From the NCBI RefSeq assembly GCF_009914755.1, contig NC_060947.1: a stretch of 64,000 nucleotides of DNA, one strand, 5' to 3'. Positions 33,701-50,400 of this stretch are shown here, in pieces. The notes beneath the pieces were generated by a model that was not told where the DNA came from, did no database searches, and worked only from the letters and a program-made list of their open reading frames with translations. Position 1 is the first letter of the stretch; each line of letters starts with the position of its first letter. The translations under genes were made by a program, and so were the position numbers. The stretch comes from the human T2T-CHM13v2.0 reference genome, Homo sapiens.

Positions 33701-35738
33701 ATCTATCCCTTTCTCTTTCCCATTCTCTTCGTTGAATTATTTAAAATCATTTCACATTGCTTCAGTATCTATTTCTAAAATTGTGGCTATATTACTGCAA
33801 AACCATGATGCAATTACCACCCCCCAAAATTTTAGGAATAATTCCTTAATTTAATACCCCAGTCCATATTCAAATTTTATTTATAGTCTCAGAAACATCT
33901 CATTTTTTTCTTTTTAAAATGTACTTTAAGACTGGATAAAACTGTAGAACAACATGTTGATATTTTAGCAAAATTGCTACAATTGGTCTATATTATAGAA
34001 CAAGTCTGTGTGATAGAAACTGTCTCCATGGCACTCAAGTGAGTGGAATGATCGTGACTGAATTCTATATATAGAATCTTTCAGTGAGAAGTAAAAACAG
34101 ATGTTGTATGAAGCATCTGATGTTTCATAAATGGGTTATTTTATCCAAAATTTCAGTGATCAATAGTTCATAGATTTTTTATATTAGGTAAGTTACTTCT
34201 CCCTCTTGAAAAACGTGAAGGAAAATATTCAAACATTCAAAGGGCTTTGAATTATTATGAAATGATTATGAAATGATGGTGCTTTGGATGGTGGTTATAA
34301 TAAAATGTGTGTAGTTGTAGCACCTTTCTTTTCATTCCTCACTCTCAAAACACATGCATACACACGTATACACAGACACACACATACACACACAGAGTCA
34401 TGAGCAAAAGGATTTGAAGATTTGTTAGTTCGAATTTTCTGACAGGTTTTATTTTATAAATTGAGTTGTACAGGAGGTACTCTGAGAGGGTAAGTTGAAG
34501 AATTCTCCACAAATCTAATTAGAAAATTTAAAAAGTGAAAATATATTACATGTCATTTGTGGTCTGATATTTTAGCTTTAATTACACTGAGGGGAGTTAT
34601 AAAATAGGCATATCAGTTTCGCTAAATATTGACACCATCTGATATAACGTTTGTAGAACTGGGACAGGAAACACTATTTTCAAAGTTGTCAAACTGAAGT
34701 ACTATTTTTCTCCATAAATAAACAAAATGGTAGAAGAGTACACAAAACCATAAACAGATTCTACCTGAGAATTAAACCACTAAAGTAGAAGCCAAGCTTT
34801 AGATAGCTACAAAACTGGCCATTACTTCTTATACTTCACTTTTCTGTAAAATATTCTAGGCAGAAGATTTTTTAAAATAAAATCACCAATAAACAATTTT
34901 GTTTAAAATTTTTATGAGTCTGTGTGGTCTCCTAACTCTTTAAGAATGAGAAATGTATTTAAGGATTCATTTAAGGAAGTAGATAAAGGCATGGTACAGA
35001 ATACCTACATATTAATTTGTGGGATGTGTAGACTGAGTTATGAGAATACTCAAGTTAAAAGTCACTTTCGCATTCCTTTCAAACAAAAGGCTTTGTCAGG
35101 TGAATGCTATGTTTTATATTTAATTAGCAATAACAAGTAAGATTTAATTGTAACCAAACTCAGCTATTTAGAAGTATCTTGTTTGTAAAACAGCGTAGAA
35201 TAATGTCAACAATTTAGCAAGAAAACCCAATTCACAGCATTTCAGAGCAAAAAGGGATAGAGGTCCTCTATTGCAACTTCTGTGTCATGGATGAAAACAG
35301 TGAGGCTCAAAAAGTTTGAGTGACACATCAAGAAGTGGTAAGAGTCAAGACTAGAACTCATGTCTCCTACTGCCCAGCCTAATGTCCTTTATGCTAATCA
35401 CACATATTTAACGGCTAGGGTGTTGAATGATACTAGAATGAATTATACATTATATAAATTATTCATTATGCAAATTAATTTTTGTTGTCTCAGTTTTCTG
35501 TATTCATGACATATTTGAATTTAACAAGATTCATCTGGTACTTCTAGCTATTTCTACATTTTATGAGTTGTATACATTTTATATCAATAAGTTATAAAAC
35601 AATAGCAGAAGTCACTTCTTTTTTCCAGATGAGACAGCAAAACCAGAAACTGACCCTTCAACTTTGAAGTAGCTTTTTGTTTGTTTCTTTCCCCTTTATA
35701 TAGGATGTCTTGAAGCCGAGAAGGAAGAGCTGTTGGAG

Positions 35739-35850
35739 AGACGAGGAGTTAAGAGTTCATTCGGCTGTCCAGATGTATCCAAGTACCCTGTGTTATTTGG
35801 CAATAAATACATCTGGGCAACTGACTGAACTTTTCACTTTTCATGACTCA
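35739..35850 (+). ncRNA. MIR1298: pre-miR-1298 (intronic miRNA of HTR2C)
   Basis: Mature 5p TTCATTCGGCTGTCCAGATGTA at 35756-35777 pairs with the 3p arm CATCTGGGCAACTGACTGAAC at 35810-35830. Known member of the HTR2C intronic miRNA cluster. Confidence 0.95.
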
Positions 35851-36279
35851 GCTGGAACCCTCCACAACCAGAAGAGCCTGTTATAAAGTGAAAAGTTTGT
35901 GATCTCTTAATCTAATGAAATGGGAAGTAGGAATTGCTTGTGGGTGAAGAGACACCATTGTAAATGTAAGTGGGAATGTATTTTAGTATGCAACTAAATT
36001 GATTTTTAAGTGTCTTGACAAAAGATAAAGAGGATTTGTTTTTCTAGCTTGCAAAATTAAAATCAAATTAACAGAAAATTTTGATCTGCTCCCATCAGTG
36101 ACACTTGTCGTGTACTTAACTCACCGGTATAAAATAACTATTTTATACTGTGATGGAGAGTAGCTGGCAAATGCTGGCAAATATTATTTGTATATTACAA
36201 TATTTAAAAGATATCTAACCTCAAGCTATGGCTATGTACATGGATCCATCTAATGTATTTACCCCAATCACTCTTTATC

Positions 36280-36485
36280 TCATGATGCAATTTCATTTTA
36301 TTCATAGCAATTATCACGATTTGAAATTATCCTACATCTTTGTTTAAATGTTTATTTTCTGTATCTCCAGCTAGAATGTAAGCTCCATTGGAGCAGGGGC
36401 CTGGTTTACCTTGTTTACTACTACATGCCCAGCATCTGGCATAGTGCCTGGCATGTAATAAGCAATCGATAAATATTTGAATATA
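36280..36485 (+). mobile_element. L2 3' end
   Basis: CTAGAATGTAAGCTCCATTGGAGCAGGG...CATAGTGCCTGGCATGTAATAAGCAATCGATAAATATTTG. Confidence 0.8.
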
Positions 36486-37590
36486 TGAAACTACTATTAT
36501 ACAGCTTTTGGTCCTGCAGATCGGTTGGAGTTGGTCTCCAACACAGATATTTAGCATATGGTTTGCTCCATTAGCTCTGCTCTTTGAAAACCTTCAGTTT
36601 GTTGTGCTATGTGCATACTAACACTGAGATAATTCCCAGATAGTTCTGCTACCACCTATGGAGAAAGCAGTTTCAAATTGCTGGGCATTCTGCCCACTAA
36701 GGCAAATTCTCTCCATGTCTGTTACTACCATCATAGAGTGATTTGCAATAGCTACTTTAAGTCTATCAATTGGGAAGTGTATGTTTTTAAAGTATTATTT
36801 TATGTAAATGGAATAGGTCTAGCTGTGAAAAACATAATTTTATATGCTGTAGATTTTGAGTTAACTGTTGTGTGAATTCGCACATAATTTAACAATAATC
36901 ACGCTCATGGAACATGTCAAACACAAGCAGAGGTATTTAGTAAATACAAATGAGGAGAAAAAAATTTTTTTTTCCATTTGAATTCCAAGCATAGGAGGAA
37001 CAGGTAAATCTATTTAAATAACCACTTAACATTATCTTGGAGGAGAGGGAATAAAAGTAATGAGCCTAGACTTGCATTCAAATTGAATAATCACTGGTGG
37101 AAGAGTAGTCTTTAATTTCATTGATGATAATAACTGAAAAACTTTCTATCAAAATAATAAAAATTATCTGATTTGACTATAATTAGCAAAGGTGAGTTTT
37201 TAGTATGACAAATGTATGATTTATTAGAAAATCGCTAGAGTACATTTGAAGTTGAAAGGAAAACTTCCTACAATATTCATTAGTCCTAAGGATAATTTTT
37301 GAATTAAATGAGCTCCCCCAAAATTATTGTAAATCTGTGCCACATTAATATAATCTTCCCAGGACTAATCTGAACATTTATGGCTAATTCATTTTTGATT
37401 TAGACATCTGCTAAAAGCTCACTGGGTATAATAACTAGAGGGATAATATTTGAATTATGAGTCATAATTTCTGAACACTGAAAATTGATAAAAATCAAAC
37501 TTCTATATGTATTATTATTTATTCAATTTTTAAATGCTTTGTTATAAAAAGTGAGACAGAAGTGATCTAGTTGACTATATTCTACAATTT

Positions 37591-37878
37591 CTTTTTTTTT
37601 TGAGACAGGGTCTGTTGCCCTAGCTGGAGTAGAATGATGTGATCAGGGCTCACTGCAGCCTCGACCACCTGAGTTCAAGGGATCCTCCCACCTCAGCCTC
37701 TCAAGTAGCTAGGACCAGAGGCACACGCCACCACATCTGGCTAATTTTTTGTATTTTTTGTAGACATGGGGTTTTGCCATTTTGTCCAGGCTGGTCTTGA
37801 ACTCCTGAGCTCAAGCAATCCACCCACTCCGGCCTCCCAAAGTGCTGGGATTATAGGCGTGAGCCATCGCACATGGTC
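37591..37878 (-). mobile_element. AluJ-like with 13-bp TSD
   Basis: TSD TATTCTACAATTT at 37578-37590 and 37879-37891. Confidence 0.92.
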
Positions 37879-38091
37879 TATTCTACAATTTAAAAAAATT
37901 TAGTGTGAAATTTAGTCTTTCAGTTTGATAGAAAATATGCTGCATCATTATAATGTGCTAACGGAATTTCCAGAAATCTAGTGTAAACTATACCTTTTCA
38001 TGGGTGAATCTAGACTCTCCAATTTTTGTTAAAACATGAGTAGAAATGCTGGCATTTTTTTTTAAGACTCATCAATATTATCTTCAACCAG

Positions 38092-38182
38092 GTCTGGGAA
38101 AAAAAGAATAAAAAGTAGTGTGAGAGCAGAAAACGTGATTGAAACACGACCAATCTTTCTTCAGTGCCAAAGGGTGGAAAAG
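38092..38182 (+). other. HTR2C: Probable alternative non-coding 5'-UTR cassette exon of HTR2C (91 nt)
   Basis: Acceptor tcttcaaccag| and donor AAAAG|gtaatg flank 91 nt of non-repetitive, ATG-free sequence. This fits my recollection of an HTR2C variant with an extra 5'-UTR exon of about this size (not verified). Confidence 0.65.
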
Positions 38183-38539
38183 GTAATGGTAAAAATGAAT
38201 TATAAATGGTTAGCTTTAGAAGTTGCAAGGCAAGCGTTTTCAATAAAGTTGCAAGCTTCTATCCTCTCCAAGCACAATTTGGGCAAAACCACAGCTCTTC
38301 CTTTATTCTTAGATAGTATCTTTTGACTTCACACCTTAAATCTCCTACCTTCCCATCAATCAGCCAATTACTTTGTACCCAGGACTTGGCCAAGGATTGT
38401 GGATGTTACATGGAAAGTACATCTATATGGCTCTTCTGCTCAAAAATTTGCCTTTAGTATTAATACAACACCTTTAAAAAGCCTTGTTCGTGCCAGCCTT
38501 TGTACCCCACAGTTTTTTGTTTTCTTTGATTTTGTTAAT

Positions 38540-38740
38540 ATTTTTTGAGACAGGGTCTCACTGTGTCACCCAGACTGAAGTGCAGTGGTGCGATCACGGC
38601 TCACTGCTGCTGCCACCTGCTGACCTCAAGCCATCCTCCCACCTCAGTCCCCAAGCCCACCCCACAGTAGCTGGGACTACAGGCCCGCACCATCACATGG
38701 GGCTGATTTTTTTTGCAGAGATGGCGTCTTGCTCTGTCCC
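38540..38740 (-). mobile_element. Partial AluJ-like
   Basis: GAGACAGGGTCTCACTGTGTCACCCAG...GTAGCTGGGACTACAGG. Confidence 0.8.
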
Positions 38741-39399
38741 ATAGTTTTTAACTTATTTTTTAAAATTATTTTTGCTTCCAAGGTGATTATTGATGATGAC
38801 TTTTAAGTATTTCTGTGAGTGATACGGATTCTGATAGTTTGCAATTTATTTCCAAATTTCCAGTGGAGATTCGATTTTGGTTCAGTTGTTTTGGAGTGTT
38901 CACACTATTTTGGATGACATATGCTGTATGACACATGGCATATAGCCATATAAGCATAGATTTCATAGGCATGAATTAAATACAATACTCATGGTATGGA
39001 TTCATACTTAATTAAATTTTCACATTAGTTGAGGTTATTCTGCAATATCTTGTGTAAAATTGTACTATTGAAAATTATGTGAAAACTAATGTTTCTCCCC
39101 CATTTGTCTTAGCAACTGTAGTTACTGTTATTGATGTCTGAAGATTTTACAGTGCTTTAGAGAAGGCATGAAAAGATCTGTGATTTACACTGTAGAAAGG
39201 ATTGAGAGATTGGTCTGAGTGTGTATTTAGTGACTAGTGATCCTGATCTTATTTCTATGATTTAATCTGTGATTTTCTCTTCATACTTGAGACAGCTAAT
39301 TGGTTTTAAGTTAATCAATCTTTTTCTGGACACGAAATTATAAATATGTATGACTACACAAAGTAACACAGAAACACACAAATGTTATATAAGTTGGTT

Positions 39400-39592
39400 G
39401 TAATTATAAATTATATTAATTTTATATAATTATATATATAATATAATATAAATTATATTAATATTAATATTAATATTTAATATATATAATATAATAATAT
39501 AATATATAATAATAATATAAAATAAATAAATAAAATAATATAATAATATTAATAATATAATTATAATTATAAATTATAACACTTATTAAATT
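39400..39592. repeat. Nearly pure AT low-complexity tract
   Basis: About 190 nt of TAA/TAT-type degenerate repeats. Confidence 0.9.
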
Positions 39593-41239
39593 ATCAAACC
39601 TACTTTCAAGGCAAATATTATAAAATCTCATTAAAAATTAGTCAATTATTCCGTCAATTATCTCACAAGTGATTTTAAAAAAATTTTACAAAACACAATC
39701 CTTCACAAATTTGAAAACTTGAATTTATAAGCATTCTTTTGTGTTCATGCAACTTTAAAAGTTCCATTACACAGATCAGAAAGTTCCATATATGCATATC
39801 AGAAAGTTTCATTAGAGTTGTTTCGCTATGTTTTTCAGTTTCTGTTATTGATTGATCTTATCCAAGACAAGAAGTTTTGCATCACCTTCCCTTTTAGTAG
39901 AATTACTCACAGAACATTTCTTATTGCAAAATATCATCATCACAGTGGCCTGGCCATTTGGGGAAACATGTAAGATAACATAATTTATGTTACATAATTC
40001 ATATAATTTATTCCCATCACACCATGTTCCGAAACTCTTACCACCAGTTCACAGGTATTTTCTATCATGTCTACTCAGTGTTCATGCAAATTTTAACAGC
40101 ATGAGGAGACATGATTTTGCCTACAAGTCATTTTTGTTAATAAATTGGAAATCTATATACATAATATTTTTTGTGATTATTACTCATTCTTCTCAATAAA
40201 ATTGGAACTTAGAAAAATAAATATTTGATGTTTAATTTTTCTGCTTATATTTCTCAGGAATATACATGTAAAAAAGCATAAGGAAGCTGGCTAATTTTTA
40301 AAGGAATATAATATTTTGAGTAACAGTAATGGAATTCATCCATAGCTAAAAATGTGGCTAATAAAGTGCTTCATGAGATGATTATTGTATCAGCTTGTTT
40401 TGTTATACTCTATTGGAGCACAGCATATTTCACTCTATCTTTGAACCTTTAAAAATTATACTAATATTTGGATACATAAAAATAAATATTGAAAATCATT
40501 TTAATACTTTTAGCATAAGGAAAAAGGAAAAAGTTTGATACTTATTGAGGGCTAAGAAGCAGGATGGGACCTTTTGGTTTCCCTTACCATTTTTTCTGTC
40601 ACTTATTTTCAGACCTCCCAGAGAAAGAGATGTCTGTGTTGTCTGGTAAAATTTATGGGACAGTATTGGCCTGACTAATGGTCAGGGTGATATAGCTCTC
40701 TCTCTCTCACACAGAATATTTTGAGTTCCTAGATATTGGAAGGCCATATTTTATGTATTACGGTAGTAAGGGGATGATTTGGAGATTGATTTTTGTGTAG
40801 GTAGCACTGATAGAACTGATAAATGAGAGCTAAGGGATGAAGAAGGGAGAAAATATTAACTATGTATCTTGAGTGACAAGGATAGTGCTATTAAATGAGA
40901 TGGAAAACACAGGGAGATGTGATTTCTTCTGGTTAAATTTTACTTCCAAATTTCTAGAAGGAGCTAGAAGCACACTAAAGAAAGCTTATCAAGACAGATT
41001 TTCAGGATCATATTTCTTTTTCTTTTTTTTTTTAATTATACTTTAAGTTTTAGGGTACATGTGCACATTGTGCAGGTTAGTTACATATGTATACATGTGC
41101 CATGCTGGTGTGCTGCACCCACTAACTCGTCATCGAGCATTAGGTATATCTCCCAATGCTATCCCTCCCCCCTCCCCCGACCCCACCACAGTCCCCAGAG
41201 TGTGATATTCCCCTTCCTGTGTCCATGTGATCTCATTGT

Positions 41240-45062
<3,823 letters not shown>

Positions 45063-45125
45063 TATGATGTTAGCTGGTTATTTTGCTCATTAGTTGATGC
45101 AGTTTCTTCCTAGTCTTGATGGTCT

Positions 45126-46103
45126 TTACAATTTGGCATGATTTTGCAATGGCTGGTACCACTTGTTCCTTTCCATGTTTAGCCCTTCCTTCAGGAGCTC
45201 TTTTAGGGCAGGCCTGATGGTGACAAAGTCTCTCAGCATTTGCTTGCCTGTAAAGTATTTTATTTGTCCTTCACTTATGAAGCTTAATTTGGCTGGATAT
45301 GAAATTCTGGGTTGAAAATTCCTTTCTTTAAGAATGTTGAATATTGGTCCCCATTCTCTTCTGGCTTGTGGAGTTTCTGCCGAGAGATCAGCTGTTAGTT
45401 TGATGGGCTTCCCTTTGAGAGTAACCCGACCTTTCTCTCTGGCTGCCTTTAACATTTTTTCCTTCATTTCAACTTTGGTGAATCTGACAAGTGTGTGTCT
45501 TAGAGTTGCTCTTCTCGAGGAGTATCTTTGTGGCGTTCTCTGTATTTCCTGAATCTGAATGTTGGCCTGCCTTGCTAGATTGGGGAAGTTCTCCTGGATA
45601 ATATCCTGCAGAGTGTTTTCCAACTTGGTTCCATTCTCCCTGTCACTTTCAGGTACACCAGTCAGAGGTAGATTTGGTCTTTTCACATAGTCCCATATTT
45701 CTTGGAGGCTTTGTTGGTTTCTTTTTATTCTTTTTTCTCTAAACTTCCCTTCTCGCTTCATTTCATTCATTTCATCTTCCATCACTGATACCCTTTCTTC
45801 CAGTTGATCGCATCGGCTCCTGAGGCTTCTGCATTCTTCACGTAGTTCTTGAGCCTTGGCTTTCAGCTCCATCAGCTCCTTTAAGGACTTCTCTGTATTG
45901 GTTATTCTAGTTATACATTCTTCTAAATTTTTTTCAAAGTTTTCATCTTCTTTGCCTTTGGTTTGAATTTCCTCCCGTAGCTCAGAGTAATTTGATCGTC
46001 TGGAGCCTTCTTCTCTCAGCTCGTCAAAGTCATTCTCCATCCAGCTTTCTTCCATTGCTGGTGAGGAACTGCGTTCCTTTGGAGGAGGAGAGGCGCTCTG
46101 CAT
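45126..46103 (-). CDS. L1 ORF1p, N-terminally shortened but open (325 aa)
   Basis: The native ATG (46139-46141) is frameshifted. An internal ATG at 46103 opens MQSASPPPKERSSSP... through to QNHAKL, keeping the coiled-coil, RRM and CTD motifs. Expression is unknown. Confidence 0.5.
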   Translation of the reverse strand: MQSASPPPKERSSSPAMEESWMENDFDELREEGSRRSNYSELREEIQTKGKEDENFEKNLEECITRITNTEKSLKELMELKAKAQELREECRSLRSRCDQLEERVSVMEDEMNEMKREGKFREKRIKRNQQSLQEIWDYVKRPNLPLTGVPESDRENGTKLENTLQDIIQENFPNLARQANIQIQEIQRTPQRYSSRRATLRHTLVRFTKVEMKEKMLKAAREKGRVTLKGKPIKLTADLSAETPQARREWGPIFNILKERNFQPRISYPAKLSFISEGQIKYFTGKQMLRDFVTIRPALKELLKEGLNMERNKWYQPLQNHAKL

Positions 46104-47363
46104 TTTAGAGTTTCCAGTTTTTCTACTCTGTTTTTTCCCATCTTTGTGGTTTTATCTACTTTTGGTCTTTGATGATGGTGATGTACAGATGGGTTTTTGG
46201 TGTGGATGTCCTTTCTGTTTGTTAGTTTTCCTTCTAACAGACAGGACCCTCAGCTGCAGGTCTTTTGGAGTACCCGGCCGTGTGAGGTGTCAGTCTGCCC
46301 CTGCTAGGGGGTGCCTCCCAGTTAGGCTGCTCAGGGGTCAGGGGTCAGGAACCCACTTGAGGAGGCAGTCTGCCCGTTCTCAGATCTCCAGCTGCATGCT
46401 GGGAGAACCACTGCTATCTTCAATGCTGTCAGACAGGGACATTTAAGTCTGCAGAGGTTACTGCTGTCTTTTTGTTTGTCTGTGCCCTGCCCCCAGAGGT
46501 GGAGCCTACAGAGGCAGGCAGGCCTCCTTGAGCTGTGGTGGGTTCCACCCAGTTCGAGCTTCCGGGCTGCTTTGTTTACCTAAGCAAGCCTGGGCAATGG
46601 CGGGCGCCCCTCCCCCAGCCTCACTGCCACCTTGCAGTTTGATCTCAGACTGCTGTGCTAGCAATCAGTGAGACTCCGTGGGCATAGGACCCTCGGAACC
46701 AGGTGCAGGATATAATCTCCTGGTGCGCCGTTTTTTAAGCCTGTTGGAAAAGCGCAGTATTGGGGTGGGAGTGACCCGATTTTCCAGGTGCCGTCTGTCA
46801 CCCCTTTGTTTGACTAGGAAAGGGAACTCCCTGACCCCTTGCACTTCCCAAGTGAGGCAATGCCTCGCCCTGCTTCGGCTCGCGCACGGTGCGTGCACCC
46901 ACTGACCTGCGCCCACTGTCTGGCACTCCCTAGTGAGATGAAGCCGGTATCTCAGGTGGAAATGCAGAAATCACCCTTCTTCTGCGTCGCTCACGCTGGG
47001 AGCTGTAGACCGGAGCTGTTCCTCTTCGGCCATCTTGAGAAGTTTTTGAAGAATATATTCTTAATTTCTTTTTCAAAACATTGATTTGAAGCCATGTCTA
47101 CTCCAAGAGGGGGAAATTTGGTATAAACCATGTATAAATAAAACATATACAGAAAATTTTTAAAAACTGCGATGATAAATAATTGAAAAATCTGCTCTCT
47201 TTGCCATATTTTATCACTTACACAGTATAACATGCTTACCTGTTTGCTGAATTAATAACTGTTTCTTATCACCATTAAGTGCATTTAAGTTTATTTAATT
47301 GGTTACTATGCAAGTTATTTCGATGTTTAACTAATTTTCTCTTTCTTCTTTTTCTCTCCCCAG

Positions 47364-47442
47364 AAAGGATGATATGATGAACCTAGCCTGTTAATTTCGT
47401 CTTCTCAATTTTAAACTTTGGTTGCTTAAGACTGAAGCAATC
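47364..47442 (+). other. HTR2C: 5'-UTR part of the HTR2C start-codon exon
   Basis: Long polypyrimidine tract ending cag at 47361-47363, then 79 nt up to the ATG at 47443. Confidence 0.9.
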
Positions 47443-47477
47443 ATGGTGAACCTGAGGAATGCGGTGCATTCATTCCT
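47443..47477 (+). CDS. HTR2C: HTR2C (5-HT2C receptor) first coding segment, codons 1-12
   Basis: ATG GTG AAC CTG AGG AAT GCG GTG CAT TCA TTC CT|gtaagg = MVNLRNAVHSF(L), the recognised 5-HT2C N-terminus. GT donor at 47478. Joins in frame with the exon at 51800. Confidence 0.97.
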
Positions 47478-50400
47478 GTAAGGATGTTACTACTTATTAT
47501 TTTAGTAAAAAGATAACTTTGCTTGGTAGCTTGCTCAACATGTTAAAAAAATGCTTCTATATGATCAGCTATATTTGCCTAAATCTGCATAAATGGCTTG
47601 CTTCCCAAAAGACTAATATTATGGGTGTTTCCTATTCAAAAATAATTAATGGAAAAAAAAATTTGGACTCTAATTAAGCACTTGAGCTCATATACTTAAA
47701 CAAGTAATATGGTGATAATGCCCTAAATTCAAATAATCTCAATGTTCATGGCTACTTTTTCCATGGGTAAAACTTAGAAAGGAAAAATTTCTGTCCTTTT
47801 CCTTCTTGCATGAACTGAACAGTTAAGAGAATGAAATGCCTCTGGTTTTGTGAAGAATAGTTGAGGTAGGAAAAGAAAAGGTTGGAAGTTAGGGGATAGG
47901 GCTTGGCGATGTAGCTGGATGGGAAAAACCAATGTCATCCTCAGAAGTATTGATGCAGTGACCCAGTTGCAGCCAATAATATACAACATAAAGGGTGTAG
48001 GTAAAGATACAGGAGATTCAAATAATAAGCAATTCTAAATTTGATCTAATCCAGGTATACCTTCTTTTTACATAGAAAAATGTTGGTTTCTTCCGAACCT
48101 GCTTTTTGAGGAACGAAGCATAGAAAAAAATGATCCAAAGCAATGTAAACTCTGATTGGTATAGTTGAGAAACCCCAAATCTCCTTGCTCCTAGGTAGTC
48201 TCCTTTATGATTCTTGTAAAAGAGCTCACCCAGGAAAAAGTTTACAATGTGGTGGAGATATAAAGTTCAGCAACATTGGATCCTCTGCAGTGTGCATCAC
48301 TGTGGCCCATCTTGAGTGTCATTGTTGTGATGATAGTTTCAAGTATGGAAGAGTCCAAGAGAACTAGAGCAGACAACTGGGAAAGAAAAGAGTGAAGGAC
48401 AGTGATAAAGAAGGGAAAAGAAGAGTTGGGTATGGGAAAATGAAAGGACAAGTGTTCCTGCTCCATGGGCCTGTGCCAACTTAGTATATAGCCATTGGCC
48501 CATATACCAAAGTGTAGGACTGCCGTAAAGGGCACCAAATTATTCTGCTATGAAATTAATTAAAGAATTCATATACAATTGTTTTAAATTCTATTGAGAG
48601 AAACAAGGAAGAATTCCTGTCTTCTAACAATGTCCTAGGTCATAGAAAAACTCAGTAGATTTTAAATATATTCAACTTTTTAAATTAAATTATCATTTTG
48701 TTTATATACTAAGAATGTAAAGTTATGTTTTCATTAAAACTTTAGTAGCAATGAGTAAATTATATGCATTTCAGAGAGAAATTATGACTTTTGTATACAT
48801 ATTTTATGAGATTCCTATGAGCTTAAAAACAATTAGGATAAACTTTAAGAGCAAGACCTAAATTACTCCTCTTTTGTAAAAGGACTTTATAATTTCACTG
48901 AGCATGTTAAGTATTAAAAATTAGATTTAATTATAATACAGACAATTCTTCATTACAAAACTGAAGAATAAAGGATTAAACTTTAATAAAAATCATAAAA
49001 TCTTGTCTATAAGTAGTGCTCAATAAAAATTTATTAAACTGAATTTAATTGAAACCAGGAAAGTGAAGTAAATACTTTATCAAGATTTATCCTAACACCA
49101 TTACCTTATTTTGTAATTCACAACAGATATGTTTACATCTGACAAGACTCCTTCCTTCAATAATTCAGTATTTGTCTTACAGATTCTTTTATTAAAAAAA
49201 AATTTTCTGACCAGTAGGGATAGGCTAGATAACTACTTGAAACAGTCCAAACTCAAAGATACTCAAATTATAAAATTCATAATTTGACATAATTTTCTTC
49301 GTATATGTTTCTGTTATATATAATTTGTCCTGTACCCCTCTACCATTTTTAGAGACATATGAATGAATTTCGATGTTTTCACAATTTACTTAGAACATTT
49401 GAGGCAGACTGCATATTCCCCTAGGACCTTATTCTATAGGTTTAAGGATAAATGTATTTGTCATTCTGCAATCAACAACTGAAGACGCAGTTTAGTATTT
49501 GAGATAAATTCTTGTGGGACTACTTGAGATGATCTTCAGCTAATTTAAAACAGAACATTGTTTTTTAAAATGCCAGCAGGACAAGTTTTTTATCAGCTAG
49601 GCCAGAAAGGACTCTGGAAAACGTGCTGGATTTAAGATTACTTTTTTGAGTCCAGTTCTTCACACATAGACGTCGTCTCAAAATAAAATCAAGACTTAAA
49701 TTATCCTGGCAAATTTTGAAATACATGAGTTGGGATATAGCAAACATAAAATGCTTTTGTTTAACTACAAAGCAGACAGAAGGTACCTCCAGCATTTACT
49801 GAAGGCCTCTTATGACACAGGTATTAAAGTTTGACATATATCATTTAATTTTCACAACAACCATATGATGGAGATTGTTCTTGTACAGATGAAGTTGATG
49901 TTCTGATAGGTTAAGTGACTGGTCAAAAATTACTGAAGTCAGATAGCCAGGACATTGGCCACATGCCACATTCAATAAATACAGTGACAGAGTAATCAAA
50001 GCTGAGAGCGAATAACTTGCTTCTGTTTATTTGGTCCTTTATTTCACTAATTTTTACTCATATTAATCACAGATTAATTATGACATAGATTTTGGAATCC
50101 TGTATTATTTTTGCCTATTTTTTATGTTTTGGGAAAATAATACATTTGGAAGAATTTACTGATTACTTCTCATCATTTGATAAGAATTACGATTTCTCTG
50201 ATAATGGTAGTCAGCAATGAGTCCATTAAATCACACATATATTATCCCTGCCTGGAGATACTATCTTCAGTTCAAAGAACAAGTGACTGGGATAATGACA
50301 TAAAAATACATAATATGGAGAACACATAGACTCTGAATGTTATGTCATGTGTTCCATCTCCCTAATTTCAGAAAGAATCATCCTTCAACTATCTTGCATA

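Noticed and set aside
39400-39592. CRISPR-like or structured array
   Set aside because: AT-only low-complexity sequence with no repeat-spacer periodicity, in a eukaryotic context.
47038-47075. TSD for the minus-strand full-length L1
   Set aside because: Only a degenerate or offset match (ATTTCTTTTTC) to 41000-41022, so not claimed.
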